From: an uncultured Eubacteriales bacterium
GTDB taxonomy: Bacteria > Bacillota > Clostridia > Christensenellales > Aristaeellaceae
Assembly: GCA_902764565.1 (NCBI GenBank)
Contig: CACWWM010000001.1
Location: 1 to 59,772 of the forward strand
Length of the DNA: 59,772 bases
Reading direction: 5' to 3'
Part shown: positions 35,651 through 45,994 of the stretch, in pieces
Layout: each line of letters starts with the position of its first letter
How positions within the stretch are numbered: the stretch's first letter is position 1
Notes under the pieces: generated by a model
Databases searched by the model: none
What the model was told of the DNA's origin: nothing
The model's input: only the letters and a program-made list of their open reading frames with translations
Translations under genes and position numbers: made by a program

Positions 35651-36850
35651 GTGGACAGCACGGAACTGCATTATGTGAACTACGACCCGGAAAAAACGTG
35701 GGACGAAATGATGCGCGCTTATATCGCGGCGGGCGGGGATATTCTTTGGCCTGGCGACGAAAAGGAAATCCTGCTCCGAAGTGTTCTTGCCTGCACAACG
35801 GCAACGATGGCGAAGGTTGATAACGCCATTCGCATGGCGACCTGGCGCTATGCAACGGGAGAATATCTGAAAGTCTATGGCGAGAACAAGGAATGCAAAT
35901 ACATGGAGGCCGTAGAGGCCACCGCGCCGGTAACAATCACCTTCCGGGCGGGCGGAACGCCTAAAACCATCCCCGCAGGTCGGATGCTGACGGCGGACGG
36001 GAGCGTGATTTACCTGCTGACCGAGGATATTCAGCAAACAGGGACGGCGCAAACTGTCAACACAACCGTACAATGCCAGATTGCCGGGACGATTGGAAAC
36101 GGGCTTAACGCCGGTTCACAGCTGCAATTCGTCGAAAGCGTGGACGGATTTATCAGCGCGATTGTATCAGAGGATGCTTCGGGCGGCATGGACGCGGAGG
36201 ATATGGAGGCATACCGCGAAAGGATTCGCACAAGCGGCCCCGGAATTGCGGGATCGTACAGGATGTATGAAAGCCTTGCGCTTTCCGTTTCTCCACAGGT
36301 GACGGACGCCAAAGCCGTAAACGAAGGGGCGGGCAATGTAGGCGTATACATTATTACCGCAAGCGGCGCAAATTCTGATAATCTCATTTCTTCCGTGGTC
36401 GGCGTTTTAAGCCCGGAAACCGCCCGCCCTCTCAATGACCATGTAACCGTAGCACTGGCCGACACTGTGCCGTATGCGCTGTATGTGCGGGCTACATTCA
36501 GCACGGGAAACAATGGGCAGAACGGCGTTTCCGACGCAGTGGCCGCCTATCAGGCATGGCAGGAACAGAAGATCGGGCGCGCCTTTGACCCCTTCAACCT
36601 GATTGCCAGATTGTACAGTTTAGGGGCTGAACGGGTGGAAATCCTGGAGGGAAGCGGCATAATCACAGAAACCGAGGAAGAACCTGCCGCCGAGGAAGAA
36701 ACCGAGGAAGAACCTGCCGCCGAGGAAGAACAGGAAGAATCCGAGGAAGAAGCCGAGGAAGAAACGGTCGCCCCCCAGGCTGTGTATACGTCCATTTCTG
36801 AAAACGCCCATTGCGTGGGTACGGTGGAAGTAACGGTGGTGAGCGTATGA
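35651..36850 (+). CDS. baseplate J-like protein with acidic repeat tail
   Basis: 399 aa. GTG start after AGGGGGAGG. Size and position fit the family. Confidence 0.65.
   Translation: MDSTELHYVNYDPEKTWDEMMRAYIAAGGDILWPGDEKEILLRSVLACTTATMAKVDNAIRMATWRYATGEYLKVYGENKECKYMEAVEATAPVTITFRAGGTPKTIPAGRMLTADGSVIYLLTEDIQQTGTAQTVNTTVQCQIAGTIGNGLNAGSQLQFVESVDGFISAIVSEDASGGMDAEDMEAYRERIRTSGPGIAGSYRMYESLALSVSPQVTDAKAVNEGAGNVGVYIITASGANSDNLISSVVGVLSPETARPLNDHVTVALADTVPYALYVRATFSTGNNGQNGVSDAVAAYQAWQEQKIGRAFDPFNLIARLYSLGAERVEILEGSGIITETEEEPAAEEETEEEPAAEEEQEESEEEAEEETVAPQAVYTSISENAHCVGTVEVTVVSV
36671..36730 (+). repeat. perfect 30-bp tandem duplication (ACCGAGGAAGAACCTGCCGCCGAGGAAGAA x2)
   Basis: Encodes TEEEPAAEEE twice inside the baseplate J gene. 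Confidence 0.9.
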
Positions 36851-37518
36851 GCAGCATATTAGATTTGATGCTCCCCGTACAAACCAATATAGCGCGGCTG
36901 GTGCCGCGCTTTTTGTATGCGGACAAAAACGGACATGCGATATGCAAGGCTATCGAAAAGGCTATGCAGATCATGGCGAAAGCGGCGCAGGAGGGCCTTG
37001 AAATCCTGCTGGACGTGGACAAAATGCCAGAGTGGAGATTGGACGAACTGGCCCATGATTATAACTGCCTGTATGATTACACCGCAGACGTAGAAGCGAA
37101 ACGGATATGGATCAAGAACGCCAGCCGGATGAATCAGATTTTGGGCACGCCGGAGGGCGTGATCCAATATCTGCAAGGGTATTTCGACGACGTGGAAATG
37201 CTGGAATCCTGGGAGTATGACGGATTGCCTTTTCATTTCCGGGTGCTGGCAAACGGAACATGGTCGCAAAAAAAACAGGATTGGGCGCTGAAAGCTGTAT
37301 TGGGAAGCAAAAATGTCCGAAGCGTGCTTGATAATATCACAATTCACTTGCCAGAATTGAAGGGCCGAGAGATGAAATACGTCGGCATTGCGATTTACGG
37401 CGCATGCACACACACTTTTGGCCCTATTGCTATGCCTAATCTTGAAGCAGAAAACTACCTGGTGGATGAACAGGGCAACTACATCATGGACGAAAACTCC
37501 GTAGTCATAACGGATTAA
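36847..37518 (+). CDS. tail protein I-like (baseplate/fibre attachment)
   Basis: 223 aa with an ATGA overlap. Contains LDELAHDYNCLYDY...KRIWIKNA...GTPEGV. Confidence 0.5.
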   Translation: MSSILDLMLPVQTNIARLVPRFLYADKNGHAICKAIEKAMQIMAKAAQEGLEILLDVDKMPEWRLDELAHDYNCLYDYTADVEAKRIWIKNASRMNQILGTPEGVIQYLQGYFDDVEMLESWEYDGLPFHFRVLANGTWSQKKQDWALKAVLGSKNVRSVLDNITIHLPELKGREMKYVGIAIYGACTHTFGPIAMPNLEAENYLVDEQGNYIMDENSVVITD

Positions 37519-37534
37519 GAAGGGAGATCGTTTT

Positions 37535-38494
37535 ATGTTTTCGAGCGCACCCATCATAACAAACGTTGGGAAAACTCTGCTTTTGAGGGCGGCAGGCGGC
37601 GAAAAGATCACATTTACAAAATTCCAGGTTGGAAGCGGACTTCTTGGAGAGAATGAATCACCCGAAACGAGGACGGCTCTTGTAAATGCTGTACTCACCA
37701 ATATTGGAATCAACCAGTCTCAAAGCACAGGGCAAGACGGATATATCCAGTTGACAGGGATATTTGACAATCAGACGGACATCCAAACAAATTTTCTTTG
37801 GACGGAATTGGGATTGTTCGCAAAAGATGAAGATGATGTGGAATATCTCTATGCTTATGGATATGATAACAAGAACGCAGAAACCCTTATTTCCGGCGGA
37901 ACAGCTGTAATAACAGAACAAACCGTTTCCATGATTATTGCAATCGGAGATTCGCAAAATATTACCGCATATGTATTGCCAAATGCAACCTATGCCACAA
38001 AAGCAGAATTTAATAATCATGTGGCCGCAAAGAACCCGCATGGAACGGGGCCGGACGATATTGGCGCTGCGCATGCGAAGCATGACCATAGCACCAACGA
38101 TATTACATCCGGCGTATTGCCCGTTGCGAGAGGCGGAACCGGAAAAAGCACGACAGAAGAAATGCGTTCCCTGTTCGCACCAGTGTCCGGCATGTATGAG
38201 GGAAACGGAGCTACACAGAGAGATATTAACCTTGGCTTCCATCCGAACGTTGTAATTTATACCGATGAGGGCGGAACATTCTCCGACGACGTGAAAGGAT
38301 CGACGGGCGGCATCATCCTGCGCGATTATCCGCATTACACTTGGGATGTTGGCTATGGTTCCTCGCGCAGCGACGGACAAAAAGTAGCCGAAATAACGTC
38401 CACAGGTTTTCGTGTCTATTCCAATGGAGGCAACGGGCATAATGGCAGGAGGCCGAACCAAAACGGGATCCGATATTTCTATATCGCATGGTAA
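37535..38494 (+). CDS. tail fibre protein (tail-collar fibre N-terminal domain)
   Basis: 319 aa with ITNVGKTLLLRAAGGEKITFTKFQVGSG. Confidence 0.6.
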   Translation: MFSSAPIITNVGKTLLLRAAGGEKITFTKFQVGSGLLGENESPETRTALVNAVLTNIGINQSQSTGQDGYIQLTGIFDNQTDIQTNFLWTELGLFAKDEDDVEYLYAYGYDNKNAETLISGGTAVITEQTVSMIIAIGDSQNITAYVLPNATYATKAEFNNHVAAKNPHGTGPDDIGAAHAKHDHSTNDITSGVLPVARGGTGKSTTEEMRSLFAPVSGMYEGNGATQRDINLGFHPNVVIYTDEGGTFSDDVKGSTGGIILRDYPHYTWDVGYGSSRSDGQKVAEITSTGFRVYSNGGNGHNGRRPNQNGIRYFYIAW

Positions 38495-38512
38495 AGCATA
38501 GGGAGGTACATC

Positions 38513-41500
38513 ATGGCATTCAATAAGATCACAGAGAAAACCATAGCTGAAAGCCTGAGAGATGATACCTACGTTCTGGTCACGCAGACGGAGGAAATCA
38601 ACGGCACGGAGGTTCATTCCCTGCGCCGAATCCCGATTCAGAAATTCGGGGCGCTGTTCGGCGCTGACCTGGATTGGGACGAAAAATCGGAAACCCTGTT
38701 CCTGGTCAACCCGGAGGGCAACCGCATTGGCGACGGCACCCCCGTTGTCGCCGGTATCTCCGGCCTGCGGATGTACACCGAAACCGACGAAACCGGGACG
38801 CAGTACCTCATTCTGGCGGACAACGACGGCAACGAACTGACCAGAACAGAATTCACCGTACAGGGTACGGGCGGCAGCACGTCCTACGTCAACCGCCTAA
38901 TCAACGGCATGAACAGCACGAAGCTGTCCTTCCCTTCCGGGCAGGCCTGCGTACTGCAATACGAATTCTATGAGTATTACGGGGCGGAACAGACCGCCGT
39001 TGGGGCAACCGCCGAAGTGTACGTCAAGACCGGCACGGGCGATTATGAATTGAAACGCTCACAGGTCATCCAGCAGGGCGCGAACAGCGTCGCCATCACC
39101 CAATACCTGCAAACCGGCACCAACTACGTCAAATTGCAGGTAACGTCCGGCGAAAGCCAGACGGTCAAGGTTCTGGTGTACACGATCAACGTGGTGGATA
39201 TTTCCCTGACTTCCAGCTTCGACGCGACGAAAGCCTATACATCCTCCATTTCCTTCCCCTATCGCGTCACGGGCCGCAATATAGGGAAAACGATGTATTT
39301 CTATATCGACGGAAGCCTGTACGCGCAGGTTGACATTGGCACCAGCCACAACGTCCAACTGACGCAGACCATCAACCTTGCGTCTGCCGGTCACGGCGAC
39401 CATGTGCTGACCTGCTATTTCGTCACCAGCGACGGCGCACGTTCCCCGTCCCTCACCTACGATATTATCTACGACACCGGCCTGTCCACCCCCATCATCA
39501 GCAGCACGTTCGACACCGACGAAGTGGCCTACGGCGAATTGATTCAGGTTCAGTATGTGGTATTCACGCATGGCAGCGACTACACCGACGAAGTTGATCT
39601 GGACATCTACACCCTGGACGATAACGAAAACAAGGTATATTACCAGCGGAGTGCCCTCGCCAACGTGGTCAACGAGGCGATGCAGTCCTGGAATATCACC
39701 GAATATCCGTCCAGCGGCACGGTATATCTGGAAATCACGGCGGGAGTGGCGAAGAAAACCTTCGCCATCAGCGTACAGGAAAACACGGGCAACCGCGACC
39801 TGTCCGGCGTAAGCACCCGCCTGATCGCCGCTTATTCCGCTTCTGGCCGTTCCAATTCCGACGCGAACAAGACCTCCATGAACGCGGCCTATACCAGCAT
39901 CGACGAAGTGACCACCACCATCCAGGGGGCGCTGACCGGCTTTAACTGGCGCTCGAACGGCTGGCTTTCGGATAGCGACGGCTTCCCCGTCCTGCGCGTT
40001 TCTGGCGGCGCGGAAGTAAACCTGAACCTGCCCTTCTTCGCCGCGTCCTGGGTAGACAGCCTGGGCCACACGATCAACCTTGCCGGTACGCCTACCGCCG
40101 TTGGCCGCACTTTCGAGGTGGCTTTCAAAACGTCCGGCGTGACGGATGAATCCGACGAGATCATCACCATCTGGGACGATATTTCCGGCATCGGCGTGAA
40201 AATCTTCCCCAGCCGCGCCTATCTGCTGTCCAGCACCATGAGCGTGACCGCCGACGCGGACGGCAATATCCTGAACAAAAACGCCATCCCGTATGTGCCG
40301 TATTCCTCTCAATCCGGCAAAGTGCGCCTGACCTTCGTGGTGGAGGAAGTGGGCCATTACGTCGAAACCGAGGACAACAACACCAACAAGCAACTTATCC
40401 GCATCTACGTCAACGGCCAGCTTGCCAAGGCCCTGGCATACACTTCCGACACCTTCACGACCAGCGCCGCCAAGCCGAAGCTGACCGCGAAATCCTGCAT
40501 CCTGGACGTGTACTCCATGCGCTTCTACGATTACGCCCTCACCGACGCGGACGTGCTGAAAAACTACATCGCCGACCTGCCCAGCCTCGCGGAACGCATC
40601 GCCCTGTTCGATAAGAACGACATCTGCGACGACAACGGAAATATTTCCTGGGCTGCCGCCGCGCTCCAATACCCCTGCATGATCCTGACTGGCACTCTCT
40701 CCGCCTACAAGGGCAACAAGGTCAAGATCGGCTGCCAGCTCTTGAAGCCGGATGGAACCCTGGAAGATGGGTACTATGTGGATTGGGACTTCATGGAACA
40801 GATCGACGGGGCTTACGGCAATGTGAACAACGTGCAGGGTACTTCTTCGCAGTATTACATCAAGAAGAACTATAAGATCACGTTCTACAAAATCGTGGAC
40901 GGCGCATTCAAGAAAACGAAGGTGCAAATCTTCCCCGACTGCATCCCTGTAAATACCATCTGCGTGAAAGCCGACTACATGAGCCCGGACAGCGCCAACA
41001 CGGGCAACGCCAATTTCTGGCAAACCTGCAACACGGAACCTACCCCACCCCAGGCGCAGGACAGCCGCGTGCAAACCGCCGTCAAGGGCTACCCGATCTT
41101 AATGTTCCAGCGGGACACCGCAAACGCCGCGCCCGTGTTCATTGGCCGCTATAACCTGAACAACGATAAGAGCAACAACGCCGCGTTCGGCCTGGAAAGC
41201 GACGGGGACAGCGGAAACGCTACCAAGTGTCAGAAATGGGAATACCTCGACAACTCCGAGGACATTTGCAATTTCCTCACTGACCAGCTTCGCGCACCCC
41301 GCACCGCCAGCGGCGGCGGCACCTATGAGGCGTGGGAGGACGCGCTCGAAAGCTGCTATCCCGATCAAGGCGACCTGGAGGATGAAGGACTGCGCCCGAA
41401 CCTCAATTACCTGCAAACGATGTATACCTGGCTTTGCCAGCGGGCGAACTTCCTTTCCGCTTCCACCAGCACGGGCGGCGGCACCTACAACGGCGAAACC

Positions 41501-44500
41501 TACGATAACGATTACGACCTCAAGCTGGCGATCTTCAAGAGGGAATTCCCCTGGCACTTCAATCTGGCCCACACGCTGCAATACTTCATTGCGAACGAAG
41601 TGGCCCTGCTTGTGGACAACTTCGCAAAGAACCTGTTCATGACCAGTTACGATGTAACGGTGGAAAACGTGGTGGACGCGGGCGGAAGCCCCGTCAACAT
41701 CGAGGATGTCACGGTGGGCGGCGTGGTCAACGCTTCCGGCATTGATTGGGAGAATAGCACCTTCGCCATCTGGTATCCGACGCTGTACGACCTGGATAGC
41801 TGCCTGGGCGCTGATAATAACGGCTACGACCAATTCCCTTACTACAAGGAAATGTGGGATCAGTACAACAGCGGCTATGTGGTCAACGGCCATTCCTCCA
41901 CGTTCTGGCGCATGGTGTACGCCGCTTTCTTCCCGGAGCTGAAAGCCCTGTACTGCGCCATGCGGGACACCCACGAAACCCTGACCCCGGCAAAGTACAT
42001 GGCCGCGCTGATCGACAACCTGACGCAAACCCTCCCCATCGTGTCGGTCAACGCCGACGAGCGCTTCAAGTACATTGAGGCATACGAGGGCGGCTACTAC
42101 GACAACAGCGCGAACAACGGGCAAGGCGGCTGGGTGTATACGCTGTCCTTCCTGTATCTGGCGAAGTCCACCATGGAAAGCTATCACCGGGATTTCATTT
42201 CCAAGCGCTTTGCCATGCTGGACAGCAAATACATGAGCGACGCCTATGTGCAGGATTATATGACCCTGCGCATCAACCGTTCCGGCACATCCTCGCCGAA
42301 TGATCTGGCTTTCAGCCTGTCCCCCTGTCAGGCCATGTACTGCTATACCGAATGGGGCAACAGCGGCACCTACATCGGCGGAAAGTGTCTGGAAGGAAGC
42401 ACAATCGAAATGAAACCCGCTTCCTCCGGCAATTGGTTCGACATCGTGCTGTCCGTGTTCGGGGCAAGCCATTTGAAGTCCCTGGGCGACCTGTCCCCCC
42501 TGTACCCGTCGAAGCTCATAAATCTTGCCCGCTGCGCCAACCTCACAGAGTTGATTTTGGGAAGCAGCGCGGAAGGGTACGAGAATAGCGCGCTGGACAG
42601 CGTGGCCGACGTTTCCTATCTCGCCATGCTGCAAAAACTAAACATCTGCAATTGTACGGCCCTTTCCGGCACGGTTGACCTCTCCAACTGCGACCTGATC
42701 GAAGAAGTCTACGCCACCGGCAGCAGTATTTCGGCCATCGTGCTTCCGCAGGGCGGCTACCTCAAAAAGCTGTACCTGCCCGCCAGTGTCACGGCCCTGA
42801 ACGTGCTGGGCCATACCAACCTGACGAACTTCTCCATGGCTTCCTACTCCAACCTGACACGGCTGCACGTTGAGAACACGCCGAACATTCCCACCGATAC
42901 CATCCTTGCGGCCAGAGGAACCAACCTGACCCGCATCCGTCTGGTGGGCGTGAACTGGACACTTGCCAACGAAAATGCGCTGAAAATCCTGGTCAACAAC
43001 GCTATGAAGAGCAAGGCCATCGACGCGAACGGCAACGCCGTGGATGATTCCAACACTTGGCCCACCGTCAGCGGCACGGTCACGATCAGCCGCATCCAGG
43101 GGAGCTTGCTCGCGTCCCTGAACAGTCATTACCCGAATCTGACCATCAACTACACTACGAAATACCATGTAGTCAAATTCTACAACGGGGACACACTGGT
43201 TTCCACCCAGGAAGTGAACGACGGCGGCGCGGCAGAAACTCCCGCCACGCCCGCAAAAGCGGCTACGGCGCAATATGTGTACTCGTTCAGCGGATGGAGC
43301 GCGGCCTATTCCAACGTGACCGCAGACATGACGATCTCCGCGAATTTCGCAAGCTCTGTACAGCAGTACAACGTAAAATTCTACTCGGACGATACTTGCG
43401 AAACGGAGCTTGCATCGGTCAGCAATGTGTCCTATGGCGGAAGCTACACCTACCCCGAAGCGCTGCCCACGCTTTCCGGCTATGTATTCTGCGGATGGCA
43501 GGATGCAGACGGGAACGAATACAAGTATGTGACGCAGATGCCCGACACGTCCGCGACCGTTGACGAAAACGGCGCGCCGCAGACCATCAAGCTATATCCC
43601 ATCTGGTCGGCAATTGCTTTCCCCGAAACCACAAAGGACTTCGTTTCCCTGACCCCCGGCGAAATGCTGTTCGCGGCTATCGCCATCCAGAATTGCCCGA
43701 ATGGCGGAACCTATACCGTGGGCGGCGTAAGCTACGACGTGAACAAGTACAGCGAAACGTCCTCCTTCATCATCTTTAACCAGGGCCATACGGTGAGTGT
43801 GACAATCGCCATCGGTGACACCAAGCAATGGACGCTGTACAACGGCGAAACCCTGACCCAGCAGGTGGCAGACTTCAACCACGATTACAGCGACGCCGCA
43901 GAAACGGCCAAGCTGGGCATTACCTATGTGATGAAGAATCTGCTTACCGCTGGACGCGCCATGAACGGCAGCTATAAGCATATGTTCAACTTCCAGATCG
44001 GCGAAGATGCGGCGTCGGTAAGCGACACGGCGAACCATTCCAGCGGAAGCGACGCAGCCCTTACCGTGACGCACGAGGCAACCGCAGATGAAGTGGCAGC
44101 CGGATTCGTGGACATCTCCTTCCTGGGGCAGAGCTATCTTTCCAGCATCACCGTAACACATTCGGACGGCACGAAGGAACTGTGGCGGCTTTCTTCTTCC
44201 GGCTACTACGCAGGCGCGGACGCGGCATCGGATGCGAAATGCTCCTTCTATTCCTCCGACCTTACCCCTCCGGCGGGTTATAACCACGCCTACAAGATCG
44301 GAAAAATGTTCCAGGCGGCAGGCTACGCGCCGAGCGCTGGATGGGGTGCCGGCCAAACCCAACAGGGAAGGATGCAGGATGCGTCCTACACCTTTGCGGA
44401 CTTCGGCGGCATCATCTTTGACGCTACCGGCACGGACACCCTGAACACCGCAGAAATCAACCCGGTCAACGGCAACGGGAAAGCCCGTGTTGCTTTCCAT

Positions 44501-45046
44501 ACGGACTACACCAATAACTGGAACTGCTTCACGGAGGTAAGCGAGGGCGTGACGATCTCCGTCCCCGTGGTCGAGGGTGATACCGTAACCGTCACCGCTT
44601 TCGGCCTCTCTCGTAACGCGGGCGGATGGGACGAAAGCGCAATGTGTACCTGGGCAAACAATACCTTCCCCGCGCAGCTCCCCATTGGGCTGTTCAACAT
44701 CATTGTGGCAGCGTGCAAGAAATCCAGCATCGGCAATCGCAGCTATGCCATCCGAAAGGGTCTGTACAAGCTCTGGCTCCTGAGCAATGCGGAAATCAAC
44801 GGCCAGACCGGCACTCACCCCTACATGGACGAAGGAAAACGCTATCCGATCTTCACCAATGACGCAAGCCGCGTAAAGAGGCTGAAGGATGGCGAGGGCT
44901 CTGTCGACTACTGGTGGGGGCGCAGCCCGTTTGTCACCAGTTCCAGCGGCTTCCTCTATTGCCTTACCAGCGGCTACCCGCACGGCAGCGGCCACGCGTA
45001 CTACGCGCTTGGCGTGTGCCTCGGCTTCTGCTCCGGCGAAGAATGA
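38513..45046 (+). CDS. giant multidomain tail fibre / receptor-binding protein; DGR target
   Basis: 2177 aa. Recognisable LamG-like, CotH-like (WYPTLYDLDSCLGADNNG), leucine-rich-repeat and InlB B-repeat segments. The C-terminal 46 codons form the VR. Confidence 0.85.
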   Translation: MAFNKITEKTIAESLRDDTYVLVTQTEEINGTEVHSLRRIPIQKFGALFGADLDWDEKSETLFLVNPEGNRIGDGTPVVAGISGLRMYTETDETGTQYLILADNDGNELTRTEFTVQGTGGSTSYVNRLINGMNSTKLSFPSGQACVLQYEFYEYYGAEQTAVGATAEVYVKTGTGDYELKRSQVIQQGANSVAITQYLQTGTNYVKLQVTSGESQTVKVLVYTINVVDISLTSSFDATKAYTSSISFPYRVTGRNIGKTMYFYIDGSLYAQVDIGTSHNVQLTQTINLASAGHGDHVLTCYFVTSDGARSPSLTYDIIYDTGLSTPIISSTFDTDEVAYGELIQVQYVVFTHGSDYTDEVDLDIYTLDDNENKVYYQRSALANVVNEAMQSWNITEYPSSGTVYLEITAGVAKKTFAISVQENTGNRDLSGVSTRLIAAYSASGRSNSDANKTSMNAAYTSIDEVTTTIQGALTGFNWRSNGWLSDSDGFPVLRVSGGAEVNLNLPFFAASWVDSLGHTINLAGTPTAVGRTFEVAFKTSGVTDESDEIITIWDDISGIGVKIFPSRAYLLSSTMSVTADADGNILNKNAIPYVPYSSQSGKVRLTFVVEEVGHYVETEDNNTNKQLIRIYVNGQLAKALAYTSDTFTTSAAKPKLTAKSCILDVYSMRFYDYALTDADVLKNYIADLPSLAERIALFDKNDICDDNGNISWAAAALQYPCMILTGTLSAYKGNKVKIGCQLLKPDGTLEDGYYVDWDFMEQIDGAYGNVNNVQGTSSQYYIKKNYKITFYKIVDGAFKKTKVQIFPDCIPVNTICVKADYMSPDSANTGNANFWQTCNTEPTPPQAQDSRVQTAVKGYPILMFQRDTANAAPVFIGRYNLNNDKSNNAAFGLESDGDSGNATKCQKWEYLDNSEDICNFLTDQLRAPRTASGGGTYEAWEDALESCYPDQGDLEDEGLRPNLNYLQTMYTWLCQRANFLSASTSTGGGTYNGETYDNDYDLKLAIFKREFPWHFNLAHTLQYFIANEVALLVDNFAKNLFMTSYDVTVENVVDAGGSPVNIEDVTVGGVVNASGIDWENSTFAIWYPTLYDLDSCLGADNNGYDQFPYYKEMWDQYNSGYVVNGHSSTFWRMVYAAFFPELKALYCAMRDTHETLTPAKYMAALIDNLTQTLPIVSVNADERFKYIEAYEGGYYDNSANNGQGGWVYTLSFLYLAKSTMESYHRDFISKRFAMLDSKYMSDAYVQDYMTLRINRSGTSSPNDLAFSLSPCQAMYCYTEWGNSGTYIGGKCLEGSTIEMKPASSGNWFDIVLSVFGASHLKSLGDLSPLYPSKLINLARCANLTELILGSSAEGYENSALDSVADVSYLAMLQKLNICNCTALSGTVDLSNCDLIEEVYATGSSISAIVLPQGGYLKKLYLPASVTALNVLGHTNLTNFSMASYSNLTRLHVENTPNIPTDTILAARGTNLTRIRLVGVNWTLANENALKILVNNAMKSKAIDANGNAVDDSNTWPTVSGTVTISRIQGSLLASLNSHYPNLTINYTTKYHVVKFYNGDTLVSTQEVNDGGAAETPATPAKAATAQYVYSFSGWSAAYSNVTADMTISANFASSVQQYNVKFYSDDTCETELASVSNVSYGGSYTYPEALPTLSGYVFCGWQDADGNEYKYVTQMPDTSATVDENGAPQTIKLYPIWSAIAFPETTKDFVSLTPGEMLFAAIAIQNCPNGGTYTVGGVSYDVNKYSETSSFIIFNQGHTVSVTIAIGDTKQWTLYNGETLTQQVADFNHDYSDAAETAKLGITYVMKNLLTAGRAMNGSYKHMFNFQIGEDAASVSDTANHSSGSDAALTVTHEATADEVAAGFVDISFLGQSYLSSITVTHSDGTKELWRLSSSGYYAGADAASDAKCSFYSSDLTPPAGYNHAYKIGKMFQAAGYAPSAGWGAGQTQQGRMQDASYTFADFGGIIFDATGTDTLNTAEINPVNGNGKARVAFHTDYTNNWNCFTEVSEGVTISVPVVEGDTVTVTAFGLSRNAGGWDESAMCTWANNTFPAQLPIGLFNIIVAACKKSSIGNRSYAIRKGLYKLWLLSNAEINGQTGTHPYMDEGKRYPIFTNDASRVKRLKDGEGSVDYWWGRSPFVTSSSGFLYCLTSGYPHGSGHAYYALGVCLGFCSGEE
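44892..45030 (+). repeat. DGR variable region (VR)
   Basis: 139-bp gap-free alignment to 45605..45743 with 26 mismatches, all opposite TR adenines. Confidence 0.9.
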
Positions 45047-45062
45047 GCCGATCAAGAACATC

Positions 45063-45086
45063 TGTGGGGGCCTTATGGCCCCCATA
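45063..45086 (+). promoter_or_regulatory. GC-rich hairpin TGTGGGGGCC-TTAT-GGCCCCCATA downstream of VR
   Basis: 10-bp stem with a 4-nt loop and no T run. Position is analogous to the target-site hairpin of the BPP-1 DGR. Confidence 0.5.
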
Positions 45087-45116
45087 ACCATTCCACCGTA
45101 AAGAGAGGGTTAGAAA

Positions 45117-45578
45117 ATGTCCGTTCCACCTGGTAATAGGGGCAAATCGCCCATGCAATTCATCGAAACCGGCGACAGGATAGAACAGAGGGCGATGGAA
45201 GTATGCAGGCGATGGCCCAAATCATTCTTTTTCATCATCACGCAGAAAACGATTCAGTTAGCATCCGAAATCTACGAACACGCATTGAAAGCCAATGCGA
45301 TTCTGCCGAAAACGGAGGAAGAACGAACTCTGCGGATTCTGGAATTGGAAAAGGCCCTGGGCGCGAATTACGCCTTTGCCCGGAAGATCGAAAGGGCCTA
45401 TTCCATGTTCCCCCTCTGCGGTGAAAAGAAGGACGTTTCCCCTGCTGCCATGCAGGAAAAGAGCAACCGCGTTTTGCAGGAGTTTATGACCTATTGCCTG
45501 GAGGAAGAAGATTCCTTGAAAGGCAATATCCATTACGCCCGCAGCCTTGACCTGACCTGCAAGCAGAAAAGCACCTGA
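45117..45578 (+). CDS. avd: DGR accessory variability determinant (Avd-like helical bundle protein)
   Basis: 153 aa, helical and basic, located between VR and TR as in BPP-1. RBS AAGAGAGGG. Confidence 0.6.
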   Translation: MSVPPGNRGKSPMQFIETGDRIEQRAMEVCRRWPKSFFFIITQKTIQLASEIYEHALKANAILPKTEEERTLRILELEKALGANYAFARKIERAYSMFPLCGEKKDVSPAAMQEKSNRVLQEFMTYCLEEEDSLKGNIHYARSLDLTCKQKST

Positions 45579-45604
45579 TTCCAATTTGGTTTATCTCTAC
45601 CCCT

Positions 45605-45743
45605 GCGAGGGCTCTGTCAACAACTGGTGGGAGCGCAGCCCGAATGTCACCAATTCCAACAACTTCCTCAATTGCAATACCAGCGGCAACCCGAACAACA
45701 ACAACAACGCGAACAACGCGAATGGCGTGTGCCTCGGATTCTA
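45605..45743 (+). repeat. DGR template region (TR)
   Basis: Non-coding copy of the VR carrying 17 AAY codons in the target frame. Ends with IMH-like GGCGTGTGCCTCGG. Confidence 0.9.
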
Positions 45744-45994
45744 TAAAGGATAATTCCTGGCCTGACCGAGTAAGCGAAAGCTGAAAGCCGTGCCTTTTTA
45801 TAGAAGGAGAGATAAACCATCCCGAAAGGGTAAATTTACATAGTCTTGATTCAAAGACGAACCCGATATGCGCGGGCGGACGCTTCTTGCATGGGCCATG
45901 GGTGGGCGTATTCCCAGGCTTTCATGCCTGACGCATTTAGCAGCCAGATTCACGCCAGACATTAGGCTGTACGGGGTGTTTTGGAGAGGATTCC

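Noticed and set aside
39059-45091. Three long minus-strand ORFs (671, 511 and 499 aa) inside the giant fibre gene
   Set aside because: They are antisense shadows of a single uninterrupted 2177-aa ORF that has recognisable domains and the DGR VR. Their translations are Gly/Arg/Val/Ala-rich with no motifs.
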